Source of the DNA: the human T2T-CHM13v2.0 reference genome, Homo sapiens
Strand: one strand, 5' to 3'
Length of the DNA: 64,000 nucleotides
Assembly (NCBI RefSeq): GCF_009914755.1
Contig: NC_060926.1
Shown piece by piece: positions 12,673 through 30,900 of this stretch (positions are counted from its first letter, which is position 1; the number at the start of each line of letters is the position of its first letter). The translations under genes and the position numbers were made by a program. A model generated the notes under the pieces. That model saw nothing but the letters and a program-made list of their open reading frames with translations, had not been told where the DNA came from and made no database searches.

Positions 12673-15600
12673 ATTTCTTGATAATGACAGTACTTGAGCA
12701 CTGTGTGGCAGCATTGTGATTCTATATAAGTAATACTCTCTGGGAACAGGGCACTCATCAGGGGCTGCGAACCTGGGGAGAAGGATCATGGCAAGGTCAT
12801 GGGGATCAGAAATAAAGATAGAAGAAACTCCAGTAAAATTCCCTAAAGTAGTTGACATCTGAATAAAGGACATGGAGTGGAGTTTACATGACATCCCCAT
12901 AAAGGTAAGAATGAGGAGGAAATGGGGCTTGGTGAACATCTAGAATCCAGGGCCGACTGGAGACTCTCTGTGAGACTCTCTGTATATCTGACTTTCTTAA
13001 TTCCAGTCAGAAATTATTGGTAGGAATAAACCTACGAGAACTTAGGTGGGCTGATTTTGTAGCACAAACTATCAGTATCTACAGATGATGCAGATGCAGC
13101 AAACCAATGAAACCCATAGAAAGAAAACAATTTCTCCAAGGTCATGAAGCAGGTCAGTGACTAATTTAGGGACAAATCCCAGATCTTTAAATTTTAGGAT
13201 CATAATGATTAAACTATTAAACTAAATCTCTAGTCTTTTAATTGGGAGGATAGGGGAAAACACAAATGTTAGTTATGAAGGTAAGTCGAATGAAGAATCA
13301 GGTCACATTGTTCGTTCAGTAACACAGTAAAGAAAGAAAATATAGAAATTCCACGATAAACTGTTTCCATAGCTGTCTTCTGTCCACCCTGCTCTGCTTA
13401 TCTCACATTTAGGGTAGAACAATCTAAAATGCAATAATGTCAGGTAGACTCATCCTATGTATTTGCCAAATGTTTGTTTCTCTCAGAAATCATTTTTTAA
13501 AGTACTTCTTTTGAAGCCTGATGCTCCTGAAAATTATTGTGGACAGTATCTTAGGAAGATTAAAACAATAGAAAGGGCATTTATGTGAATATAAATAATA
13601 AACTATGTGCAGTTTTACAAGCCAGGCTAAAATTACAAGGGTCATCAATCCTTGTGTTTCAAAGCATAAAATGATAACCAGCTGGAGTTAGGAAAAAATT
13701 TTCCCCTGAGGTGTAATATTGAACAATTGGACAGGTGCTTTATAAAAGGTAATTTTTTTTCTGGCCTTCCACTGAAGCACCTAGTTTAGGTCTTTATAAA
13801 ATGCCAGTCTAACGGGCCATTGATCTTTTCAGCAAATGCAATTTGCTGGAATCTCGCTTTTCCAGAAGTAATCAATAAGAATCTTAAACCCATGTTGAAA
13901 AAAATAAAACCATACAAGTGATTTACTAGAAAACCATTTAGAAAAGAGATAGGCAATATTGAAACTTAATGATCCTATAGTCACCAAAAAACAATAAAAG
14001 AATGATCATGTTATATATGAAAGTGCATTTATAGTGATAACATTGGAAACATTTATACCTCTATGTACAACATCATTCACGGAAGAAATGAGTTTACTTA
14101 GACTTACAGGTGTGGAAATGTGCCTGTATGAAAATTCCAGCATGTTTGATATAACTCACACCTATTTGAAATGAAAACAAAACAGCTTTTGAGTTTACTA
14201 TTTAGAATCATTCTGAGTTCTTGTCTCTTCTTACATTCACATTTGATTATGAACAGAGTTTGAATGTAGTTTCCAGGCTTTCTAGATTCTGTTTTAAACT
14301 ACTCTTAAAAGTTTTCATTATGCAGTTGAAGAGAGTAGATAAATTTGTTTGACTGAGTGCATCTTTAGTATATGTTTCAGTGTACCTTCTGTGCTTCCTG
14401 AAATACAGCAGGGGGATTTTTCTTGAAACCAGATAATGCTGTATTAGTTAAGGCCTTTGCATGTCCTAATGCTCTGTTCAGCCTGCCAAAAAAGTCAGTG
14501 ATACAGTGAACATTCAGACTGAAACATCCTGGCTTCCTCTCAGCATCATGGAAAACCTTGAAGTAAGCTGTGACCATCTTATCCAGGACCCATGCAGGCT
14601 GGAGAGGGCAGAACCATGTTAGAGAGTGCAGATGCTCCACAACCTCCAAGTGAGGCTTCAGGGAAGTCTGGTCAGCAATAATCTGTTCATTCATTTACAA
14701 TATTTCCCAATATTTACAACTGTATAATTAAAAATCAACCTGGGACCTTCTTTTTCCATTCTAACTTGTTTCCTCAAAGCTGGACTCTGCTTCTGATTTA
14801 ATTCCCTCAAATGGCTTCTGAAGTCCAGTGGGGGCAGTATCTATATCCTGAAGGACAGAAAGAGCTGCCTAGCCCTACACTTGCTCGTCTGTCTTCTATC
14901 CTGCCCTCTCTTGACAGACACCTTAAAGGCTGCCACTTGCAAATTAAACATACATTTCCCAGATGCATCTTGGGTTTTTGACAAAATTAAAGCAATCCCA
15001 ATTTTGTAGTTAAATTTTGCCCTTCAGCCTTTTGTAGTTTTTTCAAGTTCACCTGTTTTCCCATTGCAGCATGCTGTTTTTCTGGGGTGCAATGTTCATG
15101 GCAGGAGGTGTGAAAAATATTTGCAGAGCAGGCTTAGAGGGAAGCTGCGATTGTTTAGACAGCTACCTTATCTTGGTTTGAGAGGTAATTTAATTTCTGC
15201 AATTGATAGGGGATACAAGTTTGGAGCAGAATAGGGAATCTGGATAATTTTTCAAATCTCCCATTTCAAATTTTTACATGGTGAATTTTTAAAGTATGCT
15301 CATATTCCAATAATCACAGCTCACTGATAGAGGACAAATATAAGTTCATCAAAACTTTACAAGGCTGGATATAAATCCTATTGTTTAGAAATATACACTA
15401 GCATTGGTTACCTACATTAGTACAAATAGTATATAATGTATCATAAATAAATTATGTTCCATCTGGGTAGTGATGAGAGATTTATGTTATGTAATATATA
15501 TTCTGTCACTGACAACACTGCTATGAGTATTTAAATGTGATGTTTAGTGGGTATATATTTACAGGTAACTAATATGGTCTATCCTCTCAACCCAGACAGT

Positions 15601-16039
15601 GTCTCATATCTTTAATTGTGTATGGGCCACTTCTGCTTGGAGGTACGGCTCTCGTACAAAACTTCCCACCTTCAATGATAAACTCTTGATCTTTATCCCG
15701 GACCAATATTCCCTTCAGTTAGTGTTTCACCTTTTTCTGAGTCACTTGACCTGAGGTCCACGAATTCATCTGTGATTCACTATTTCTCATTTTCCTTTGT
15801 TTCATATTTGTACCCTCAACACCCAAATTCATGTAATCATGACCCATTCATGGAACATTGTGATGCTCTTCTAATTGATGATAACACATGGTGCTGTAAA
15901 AATAATTCTCCTAAAGTATGTTTTTTTGATCCTATTGGAAACAAATGAACACACATATATAAACATGTTCCAAAATAATAGGTATTGAATGATTAGTAGT
16001 GTGTGTAGAAAATTTAAACCTAAAAATAACCAAATAAAT

Positions 16040-16780
16040 ACAATTAAATATCAAGATTAATTTTCTTACCTTCCAATGGTATAAAAATTTAAGAAAAACT
16101 ATAATGCGCTAGATTGGCAAATATGGAGGGATTTGAGTCTTACACGCTGTTGATGGATGTCTACATTTGTGATTTTGTTTTGTTTTGATTTGTGTGTGCA
16201 ATTATAAATTTTTAAAACTCTTCCGAGAAGTATTTTTTAAAAATATTCCTTTGATTCTCAAATATTGTATTTCTAAAATGTGTTATATTGATAAAAATAA
16301 GAGCTGTATTTATAAGAGAGCTTATTTTAGCATTGTTTAAAATTTTTGAAAAATCTAAAACAACCAACAGTCCACCAGTAGAAACTTGATTAATATTATT
16401 ATGAGGCCAGGCGCGGTGGCTCACACCTGTAATCCCAGCACTTTGGGAGGCCAAGGCAGGCAGATCATGAGGTCAGGAGATCGAGACCATCTTGGCTAAC
16501 ACGGTGAAACCCCATCTCTACTAAAAATACAAAAAATTAGCCGGGCGTGGTGGCGGGTGCCTGTAGTCTCAGTTACTCCGGAGGCTGAGGCAGGAGAATG
16601 GCGTGAACCCAGGAAGTAGAGCTTGCAGTGAGCAGAGATCATGCCACTGTACTCCAGCCTGGGTGACAGAGTGAGACTCCAAGTCAAAAAAATATATATA
16701 TATGTATATATTATGATATATACTTGTAGCAATATAAAGCCATTAAATTTTTTTTCTGTAGGAAAATATCACACAGATGG
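16040..16780 (+). mobile_element. Ancient L1M(E)-type fragment interrupted by AluY
   Basis: Degenerate ORF2-end motifs (ttacacgctgttgatggatgt, aacaaccaacagtccaccagtaga, aagccattaaa). Confidence 0.5.
16405..16708 (+). mobile_element. AluY, tail converted to (TA)n
   Basis: AluY diagnostics (gagatcgagaccatc.tggctaacacggtg, atggcgtgaacc, gagcttgcagtg); TSD tattatga (16397-16404 / 16709-16716). Confidence 0.95.
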
Positions 16781-18199
16781 CTAATTATATGCCATATAAA
16801 GCCATTAAGGAAGAAAGGATGGCAAATGCTCCTTTTAGTGAGACTTCTTTGTTATGAGATCTGGGTATAAAAATGTGCAGGTGTGTAAACAGAGGAAGGA
16901 GAATTCTGATTAAGTCCCTCAAGAATTGAAGAAAATGGGGTGAGAGACAGAGAACAACTGTGAGCTAGGAAAGCTCAAGGAGTAAACCTAACAAGAAAGT
17001 TTAAGCAATGGCTACTTTTATACAGTTTATTTTAGTAAGTGCAAATACTTAAAATGAAGTTATTTATAAAGTTTATTTGAGTTGTTTTCTGATAATTAAA
17101 TAGCATGAGAAATGGGAGGAATTTGAGATATTGCAGTTAGAAAGGGAGCAGTGCACCAAACTTATTCTTAACTTAAAAGTTCATACTCTTACCTAAGGTA
17201 AGTCCTAATGTGACACCAACTTAAAGCTGAATTAGACAGGAATATTGCAATGAATAAGCAATGACTATTCACAATCTACTCAGCATAAAACAGGTTCATT
17301 AAGAAAGGTTCTGCAATAACACTCTATGTAAGAGTTTATGGAAACAATTAATAGAATAAAATTGATGTAACATTTTATGTACTACTGCATTTTACATATT
17401 CTAAGGCAACGAGAAGGCTTTAATACATGAAAATCATCAATATTTTACAATGAAAACAATATCTAAAGTTACTCTTATTACCACAGAATACAAACAAAAT
17501 AAGTTACTTTAATTGGCCATTACATCTTCATTATTGGAATTATCTAGTATTAACAAAATATTTCATTTTGGAATGTTTATGTAGCTATTACAGGGAGTAG
17601 TGCTATTTAAAAATAAACACCTGTTTCTTGTCTTCCCTATAAAATCTTCTAGCTCAGCAATTTAAAATAAGCTGATGTTGCTTTTTCAGTATCATTTGCA
17701 ATTTTCTGCATGAATTCTTAACAATTTCAAAAACAATGTACTATGTGTGGGGTTGTAGGAATTGAAAAAATTTTCTCCTATATTCTCATATCAATTTGAG
17801 CAGATAAATTTATTTTTTAGACGATTTGCTTCCAAAGAGATTGCTATTCTCTTTTTTGTTTCTTATGGCTCATACATACACCTATAAGATATTAAAAATA
17901 ATTTAAAAGAACTCTAGATTTTGAATTCTAGATTTTGAATTGTTTAAAACTTAATAAGAGAATAGACATGTATTATCACAGTATTTCTTCTATGTCATAT
18001 TTAGAATAAAAGATATTTGTTGCTTCTTACATGTCATATGTACCTGAACTGTTTCTTGTCACACATATCTAATCTAGCTTAGCTTTATTGATTCCTATAA
18101 GACTACATTATCATAATTCCCTATCAGAAATTATGAAGCCATGATTAGTGTTATTTACTTAGTAGTTTATAATAACAATATCTTTTAGTGTTTATAAGT

Positions 18200-18390
18200 T
18201 TTTAACAGCATTGTTTTGTTATATTCCCACCCAAACTTTGGAAATTGGTATTTTATACTCTCATATAAAGAAAATGAGGAGCAGAGAGCTAAGGTGACAT
18301 ACCCAAGGTCACAAAAACAAGTAAATAATAGAGCACAAATTTGAAATTAAGACTTGGAGACTCAGGTTCAACACTTTTCCATTATTTAAT
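18200..18390 (-). mobile_element. MIR fragment
   Basis: aagaaaatgaggagcagagagctaaggtgacatacccaaggtcaca is an antisense MIR core. Confidence 0.65.
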
Positions 18391-18554
18391 TTCTGTGACT
18401 TTATTAATGATGTTATAATTACTCATTTATGATGTTAAAATTACACATTCATGTAGCCAATGACATGCTTTATTTTTATTTTACTATATCTAAAACTTTC
18501 AAATTAACTATTCATGTAACTAACCAAATATATTTATTCCACCTTATCATGGTT

Positions 18555-19644
<1,090 letters not shown>

Positions 19645-20234
19645 AAAACCTTTAAATATTTAAAGTAAATGATTAGTGAAATCACAAATGTTTTCCATAA
19701 ACCTTTTCTACTGGGAATGGCTGAAGACTTGGGGATATAAAAATTTATTAATTGATGATATCACTAAAATTACTAGCTTAAAGAAGACATACACTATATT
19801 GCTTGTTGCCTGTCAGAGCTACTTGAAAAAAAAAAAAACAATAAAACAAACAAATAAAAAAACCTTGCCTATGTTATGTCATTTTGCCAGTCACTTTCTA
19901 GGTGAGAGTAAAAAGACATTTTGACTATATCTCTGCAGTATTTGCTTCTTCATCTAGACATAAGCTTTGATATATACATGTAGCTTCTTGGAAGATGGGA
20001 AGTCAAATCAATATTTTATCAAATTTTTTGTTATACTTTAACTTTTAGGGTACATGTGCACAATGTGCAGGTTAGTTACATATGTATACATGTGCCATGC
20101 TGGTGTGCTGCATCCATTAACTCGTCATTTAGCATTAGGTATATCTCCTAATGCTATCCCTCCCCCCTCCCCCCATCCCACAGCAGTCCCCAGAGTGTGA
20201 TGATCCCCTTCCTGTGTCCATGTATTCTCATTGT

Positions 20235-24057
<3,823 letters not shown>

Positions 24058-24120
24058 TATGATGTTAGCTGGTTATTTTGCTCGTTAGTTGATGCAGTTT
24101 CTTCCTAGACTCGAAAGTCT

Positions 24121-25137
24121 TTACATTTTGGCATGAGTTTGCTGTGGCTGGTACCGGTTGTTCCTTTCCATGTTTAGTGCTTCCTTCAGGAGATCTTTTA
24201 GGGCAGGCCTGGTGGTGACAAAATCTCTCAGTATTTGCTTGTCTGTAAAAGATTTTATTTCTCCTTCACTTATGAAGCTTAGTTTGGCTGGATATGAAAT
24301 TCTGGGTTGAAAATTCTTTCCTTTAAGAATGTTGAATATTGGCCCCCACTCTCTTCTGGCTTGTAGAGTTTCTGCTGAGGGATCCGCTGTTAGTCTGATG
24401 GGCTTCCCTTTGTGGGTAAGCCGACCTTTCTCTCTGGCTGCCCTTAACATTTTTTCCTTCATTTCAACTTTGGTGAATCTGACAGTTATGTGTCTTGGAG
24501 TTGCTCTTCTGGAGGATTATCTTTGTGGCATTCTCTGTATTTCCTGAATTTGAATATTGGCCTGCCTTGCTAGATTGGGGAAGTTCTCCTGGATAATATC
24601 CTGCAGAGTGTTTTCCAACTTGGTTCCATTCTCCCCGTCACTTTCAGGTACACCAGTCAGACGTAGATTTGGTCTTTTCACATAGTCCCATATTTCTTGG
24701 AGGCTTTGTTAGTTTATTTTTATTCTTTTTTCTCCAAACTTCCCTTCTCACTTCATTTCATTCATTTCACCTTCCATCACTGATACCCTTTCTTGCAGTT
24801 GATCGCATCAGCTCCAGAGGCTTCTGCATTCTTCACGTAGTTCTCGAGCCTTGGCTTTCAGCTCCATCAGCTCCTTTAAGCACTTCTCTGTATTGGTTAT
24901 TCTAGCTATACATTTGTCTAAATTTTTTTCAAAGTTTTCATCTTCTTTGCCTTTGGTTTGAATTTCCTCCTGTAGCTCAGAGTAGTTTGATCATCTGAAG
25001 CCTTCTTCTCTCAACTCGTCAAAGTCATTCTTTGTCCAGCTTTGTTCCGTTGCTGGTGAGGAACTGCGTTCCTTTGGAGGAGGAGAGGTGCTCTGGTTTT
25101 TAGAGTTTCCAGTTTTTCTGCTCTGTTTTTTCCCCAT
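24121..25137 (-). pseudogene. L1 ORF1 (338-codon frame) with premature stops
   Basis: ATG at 25137 and TAA at 24121-24123 (1017 bp). In-frame stops at 24991-24993 (TGA), 24748-24750 (TGA), 24709-24711 (TAA) and 24517-24519 (TAA). Confidence 0.92.
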
Positions 25138-26173
25138 CTTTGTGGTTTTATCTACTTTTGGTCTTTGATGATGGTGTGATGTACAGATGGGTTTTTGGTG
25201 TGGATGTCCTTTATGTCTGTTAGTTTTCCGTCTAACAGACAGGACCCTCAGCTGCAGGTCTGTTGGAGTTTGCTAGAGGTCCACTCCAGACGCTGTTTGC
25301 CTGGGTGTCAGCAGCGGTGTCTGCAGAACAGCAGATTTTCGTGAACTGCGAATGTTGCTGTCTGATACTTCCTCTGGAAGTTTTGTCTCAGAGGAGTGCC
25401 CGGCCGTGTGAGGTGTCAGTCTGCCCGTACTGGGGGGTGCCTCCCAGTTAGGCTGCTTGGGGGTCAGGTGTCAGGGACCCACTTGAGGAGGCAGTCTGCC
25501 TGTTCTCAGATCTCCAGCTGCATGCTGGGAGAACCACTGGTCTCTTCAAAGCTGTCAGACAGGGACATTTAAGTCTGCAGAGGTTACTGCTGTCTTTTTG
25601 TTTGTCTGTGCCCTGCCTCCAGAGGTGGAGCCTACAGAGGCAGGCAGGCCTCCTTGAGCTGTGATGGGCTCCACCCAGTTCGAGCTTCCTGGCTGCTTTG
25701 TTTACCTAAGCAAGCCTGGGCAGTGGCAGATGCCCCTCCCCCAGCCTCGCTGCTGCCTTGCAGTTTGATCTCAGACTGCTGTGCTAGCAATCAGCGAGAC
25801 TCCGTGGGTGTAGGACCCTCCAAGCCATGTGTGGGATATAATCTCCTGGTGTGCCGTTTCCTAAGCTCGTCGGAAAAGCACAGTATTCGGGTGGGAGTGA
25901 CCCGATTTTCCAGGTGCCGTCTGTCACCCCTTTCCTTGACCAGGAAAGGGAACTCCCTGACCCCTGGCACTTCCCGAGTGAGGCAATGCCTCGCCCTGCT
26001 TCAGCTCGTGCACGGTGCACTGCACCCATTGTCCTGTGCCCACTGTCTGGCACTCCCTAGTGAGATGAACCCAGTACCTCCAATGGAAATGCAGAAATCA
26101 CCCATCTTCCGCATCACTCACGCTGGGAGCTGTAGACCGGAGCTGTTCCTATTCGGCCATCTTGGCTCCTCCC
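25138..26173 (-). promoter_or_regulatory. L1PA3 5'UTR: internal sense promoter (YY1 site 26154-26164) and antisense promoter
   Basis: Intact CAAGATGGCCG YY1 motif and CpG-richer 5'UTR. Promoter function is from established L1 biology; activity of this copy is unknown. Confidence 0.75.
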
Positions 26174-26202
26174 TTATCAATTTTTTAAGAAGTAAATTTT
26201 AA
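25723..26202 (+). other. L1 ORF0 reading frame (start ATG->GTG, open into flank)
   Basis: Track ORF 25654-26202 contains (V)ADAPPPASLLPCSLISDCCASNQRDSVGVGPS...RVGVTRFSRC, matching primate ORF0p MAGAPPPASLPPCSLISDCCASNQRDSVGVGPS. Confidence 0.8.
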
Positions 26203-26204
26203 AA

Positions 26205-27917
26205 TTTCTTGACCCCCAAAAAAGAAATGAAAATACATCATTCCACAATCTATCCAATGCAGCAAAAGCAGTATTAAACAGAAATTTTTTAACAGCAAAT
26301 GTATACAAAAAATGTAGAAAGACTTCAAATCAACAACCTAATGGTATATCTCAAACAAGAAAAAATCAAAACCAAAATTAGTTGAAGGAAAGAAATGGGA
26401 AATATCAGAGCAGAAAATAAATGAAATTGAGACTAAAAAAATACAGAATATCAACAAAACAGAAAATTTTTTGCTTGAAAACAAACAAAACCAATAAACC
26501 TTTAGCTATAATAAGAACAAAAGAGAGAAGACAACAATAAATTAAAATGAAAAATGAGGCAAAACAACTGAGGTTACAAAGGTATAATAGAAAGAATTAT
26601 TAGAGGCTATCATGGAAAACTATAGGCCAACAATTTGTGAAACTTATAAGATTAAAAAATTCCTGTAAACATACAACATATGAAGACTGAACCAACTAAT
26701 AATTAGTAACAACATTGAAATTGTAATAAGTTTATCATTAAGGAAAAGCTTAAGGCCTGATATCTTCACTGTTGAATTCTACCAAACATTTAAAGAAGAC
26801 TGATACCTACTCAACTCAAAAATTTCAAAAAATTGAAGAGGGGAGAATACTTCCATATTAATTCTATCAGGCCAATATTACCATAATGCCAAAATTACAA
26901 GAAGAAGAAAAAACTATAGGCCAATATCAGTGAGGAACATAGATGCAAAAATCCTAAAGAAAATATTAGCAAACTAAATTAAACATGTTAAAAAGACCAC
27001 TCACCATGATCAAGTTGGATTCATCTCAGATATGTAAATATGGATTAACATATGCAAATGAATAAAATGATATGTAACATTAATATAATCAGCAATTATA
27101 AATCATATTATAGTTGTAATAGATGCTAAAAAAGCATTTGATATAATTCAGCATTTACTTATGATGAAAACTCTCAAGATACTGGTTATAAAAAGGACAT
27201 ACATAAAAATAGTAAAGGTCGTATATGACAAACTCACAGGTAATACAGTAAATGGGGAAAATTGAAAGCCCTTTCTCTAAGACCTGGAAAAGTAAAAAGA
27301 TGCCCAATTTCACCACTTTTATTTAACATAATTTTGAGAGTCCCGGCCAAAGAAATTAGGCAAGAGAAATTAATAAAGGATATCCACATTGGAAAAGAAG
27401 AAGTCAAATTAGTTTGTTCACAGATATCATAATTTTATACTTAAAAAAAATCTAAAGAATCCATCAAAAATACTATTATAACTGATAAATAAATTCAGTA
27501 AATTTGCAGGATCCAAAATCAACACATGAAAAGCAATAACATTTATATACTCCAACAGTGAACAATCTGAAAAAGAAACCAAAAACGCAATCCCATTTAC
27601 AATAGCTACAAAAATTATAAAATATCTAAAAAGAAATGTAGTTGAAGAAATAGATCTATACAAGGAATACTATAAAATCCTGCTAAAAGGAATTGAAGAA
27701 GACACATGGAAAATGAAAAGACATTTCATGATATTGTATTGGAAGAATTAATATTGCTAAAATGATAACAACATAAAATACACTACAAATTCAGTGCAAT
27801 CCCTATCAATAGCAATGACAATCTTCACAGAAATAGAAAAATATCCTAAAATTTATGTGCAATCACGAAAGACAGTGAATAGCCAAAGCGCTTTTGAGCA
27901 AAAGCAACAAAGTTGGA
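26205..27917 (+). mobile_element. Old L1M ORF2 internal fragment
   Basis: Degenerate ORF2 (cttcactgttgaattctaccaaacatttaaagaag; atagatgcaaaaatcct; gatcaagttggattcatc) ending at aaagcaacaaagttgga. Confidence 0.8.
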
Positions 27918-27919
27918 TT

Positions 27920-30900
27920 GGGGCAGAGCAAGATGACAGAATCATTCCCCCTACAAGAACACCAGTTTAACAACTGTCTATACAAAATAAACACTTTCAT
28001 AAGAACCAAAAATCAGGTGAGTACTCTCACTCACAGCACCTGAGTGTAACTTCATATTGCTGAAAGAGACCCTGAAGAGGTAAGAAAATCAGTCTTAAAT
28101 TGCTGTCAGCACCCTTCCGCCACCCAGTGGCAGTGGCAGCATGATGTGGAGAGTGTTTCTGTTTGCTGAGGAGAGGGAAAGCACACAGCCATTGTGAGGC
28201 ATTGAAGTCAGTTTCACCCTGTTACAGAAGAAAAGAAAACCGGACCAAACTCAGCTGATGCATACCCACAGAGGGTGTATTTAAACCAACACTAGCCAGA
28301 GGGGATTCACTGATAATAGCAAGCTGAACTTGAGTGCCCACAAGCCTTGCCACCATACACAAAAGTGCTCTGGGACCCCAAATAATCTTTAAAGGAAGTC
28401 TAGGCCACAAGGACTACAAGTCCTAGGCAAGTCCTATGGCTGAACTGGGTCCAAAGCCAGTGGACTGGGTGGGGGTTGGAGGGGGGCAGATACTGCCTAC
28501 TGAGACAGCTGGGCAACTAAAGGAGTGCTGGTATCACCCCTGCCCTAACCCCAGGTTGTAAAGCTTGTGACTCTAAGAGAACCCTTTCCTCCACTTGAGG
28601 AGAGGTGGGAGAAAAGTGGGGAGGACTTAGTCTTGCATCTTGGATTACTAGCTCTGCTACAGGAGAATAGGGCACAATCAGAGTCATGAACCCACCTTTC
28701 CAGGCCCTAGCTTCTGAATGACACTTCTAGACACAAGCTGGGCCAGAAGGAAGCATGCTGCCTTGAAGGGAAATACCCAGTCCTGGCAGGATACATCACC
28801 TGCTAATTGAAGAGCTCTTGGGCCCTAAATAACAAGTAGCAATGCCCAGGTATTACCTCCAGTGTTTTGGGTGAGACACTGAGACTTGCTGGTTTCAGGT
28901 GAGACTCAGCACATTGCCAGCTCTGGTGGCTACAGGGCAAGACTCCTTCTATTTGAGAAAAATGGGAAAAGTTAAGGAGACTCTGCCTTGAACCTTAGGT
29001 ACCAGCTTGGCCACACAGAGATAGAGTGCCAAGTGGGCACTTGTGGTCCCCATTTGCAGGCATTGGCTCTGGGACTACAGATCTGGACCTGTCCTGGGCC
29101 AGAGGGTTGCCCATTGCCCTGAAGGATGAGTCCCAGGCCAGGCATCATTCAACACAAACTGACTGAAAAGCTGCTGGACTTTAAGGGAGCATTGGTAGTA
29201 GTCTGGGTAGACCCCATGGGCCTGTGGTAGTGATAGACACAGGATGAGGCTTCTCTGCCTTTGAAAAGGAGAGGGAAGAGTGAGAAGGACTGTGTCATGT
29301 AGTTTGAGTACCAGCTCAGCCACAGTCTGGTAGAACACCAGGAATAATTCTAAGTGTTTTACTCCAGTCTCTGACTCCTGGATGGCAACTCTGGACCTGC
29401 CCAGGGTCTGAAAAGACTTGCCACCCTAAAGAAAAGGACACAGGCTTGGCTGGCTTTGTCACCTGTTGATTGTGGTGCTCTAAGTCCTTGAGCAAACATA
29501 GGTTTTTACCAGGAAGTGGTTACAGCAGGCCTTGGGTGAGACCTAGTGTTGTGCTAGCTTCAGGTCTGAGCCAGTACAGTCCTAGTGCTGGTGGCCAAAG
29601 GGTGCTGGTGTCACTCCACCCTCAGCTTCAGGTAACTCAGAACAGAGAGAGAGAGACTCTGTTCATTTGAAAAGAAGAGAAGAGAACAAGATTCTCTACC
29701 TCATCATCCAGAGTATTCCTCCAGATCTTGTCCAAGACCATCAAGGTGGTGCCTCAATGAATCTGCAAAAACCACAGTGTTATGGGGCTTGGGGTACCCC
29801 CATAAGCAGATACAGCTTAGATCATAACACCCAAGTCATTTCAAATATCTGGAAAGCCTTCCCAAGAGGGATGGGTTAAAACAAGCCCAGACTGAGAAGA
29901 CTAAAATAAATCCTAACTCTTCAATGCCCAGACACAAACAAACATATGCAAATATCAAGACCATCCAGGAAAACATGACCTTACCAAATGAACTAAATAA
30001 GGAATCAGGGAGCATTGTTGAGACAAATATATGTGACCTCTCAGACAAATAATTCAAAATAACTGTGTTGAGGAAAATAAATAAATTCAATATAACACAG
30101 AAAAGGAATTCAGAATTCTATCAGACAAATTTAAGAAAGAGATTGAAATGATTTTTTTAAAATGAAGCAGATATCCTGGAGCTGAAAAATGCAATTAGGA
30201 TATTGAAGAATGCATCAGAGTCTCTTTAGAGCAGAACTGATCAGGCAGAAGAAAGAACTGGTGATATTGAAGACAGGCTATTTGAAAACACACAGAGGAG
30301 ACCAAAAAGAAAAGAAAAAAAATGAAGCACACCTACAATATTTAGAAAACAGCCTCAAATGGCAAGCCTAAGTGTTAGTGGCCCTAGAGGAAGTAGAGAA
30401 AGAGATAGGAGTAGAAAGTTTATTTAAAAAGATGTAACAGAAAACTTCCAAAACCTAGAGAAAGATGCCAATATCCAAGTACAAGAAGGTTATAGAACAC
30501 TTAGCAGATTTAAACCAAAGAAGACTACTTCAGGGCATGTAATAATAAAACTCCCAATGTCAAGGATAAAGAAAGGACCCTAAAAGCAGCAAGAGAAAAA
30601 AAAATAACAAAATGGAGCTCCAATATATCTGGCAGCAGACTTTATAATGGAAACCTTACAGGCTAGGAGAAATGACATATTTAAAGTGCCAAAGGAAAGA
30701 AACTTTTATCCTAGAATAGGATATCTAGAGAAAATATCCTTTAAGTACAGAGAACAACAGCTGAGGGATTTCATCAACACCACACTTGTCCTATAAGAAA
30801 TGCTCAAGGGAATACTTAAATTAGAAAGATAATCAGTAAGATAACATCTGAAGGTACAAAACTCACAGGTAATAGTAAGCGCACAGAAAAATACATAATA

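Noticed and set aside
12961-17940. Short tandem duplications (agactctctgt x2 at ~12961; tctagattttgaat x2 at 17913-17940)
   Set aside because: Ordinary slippage duplications.
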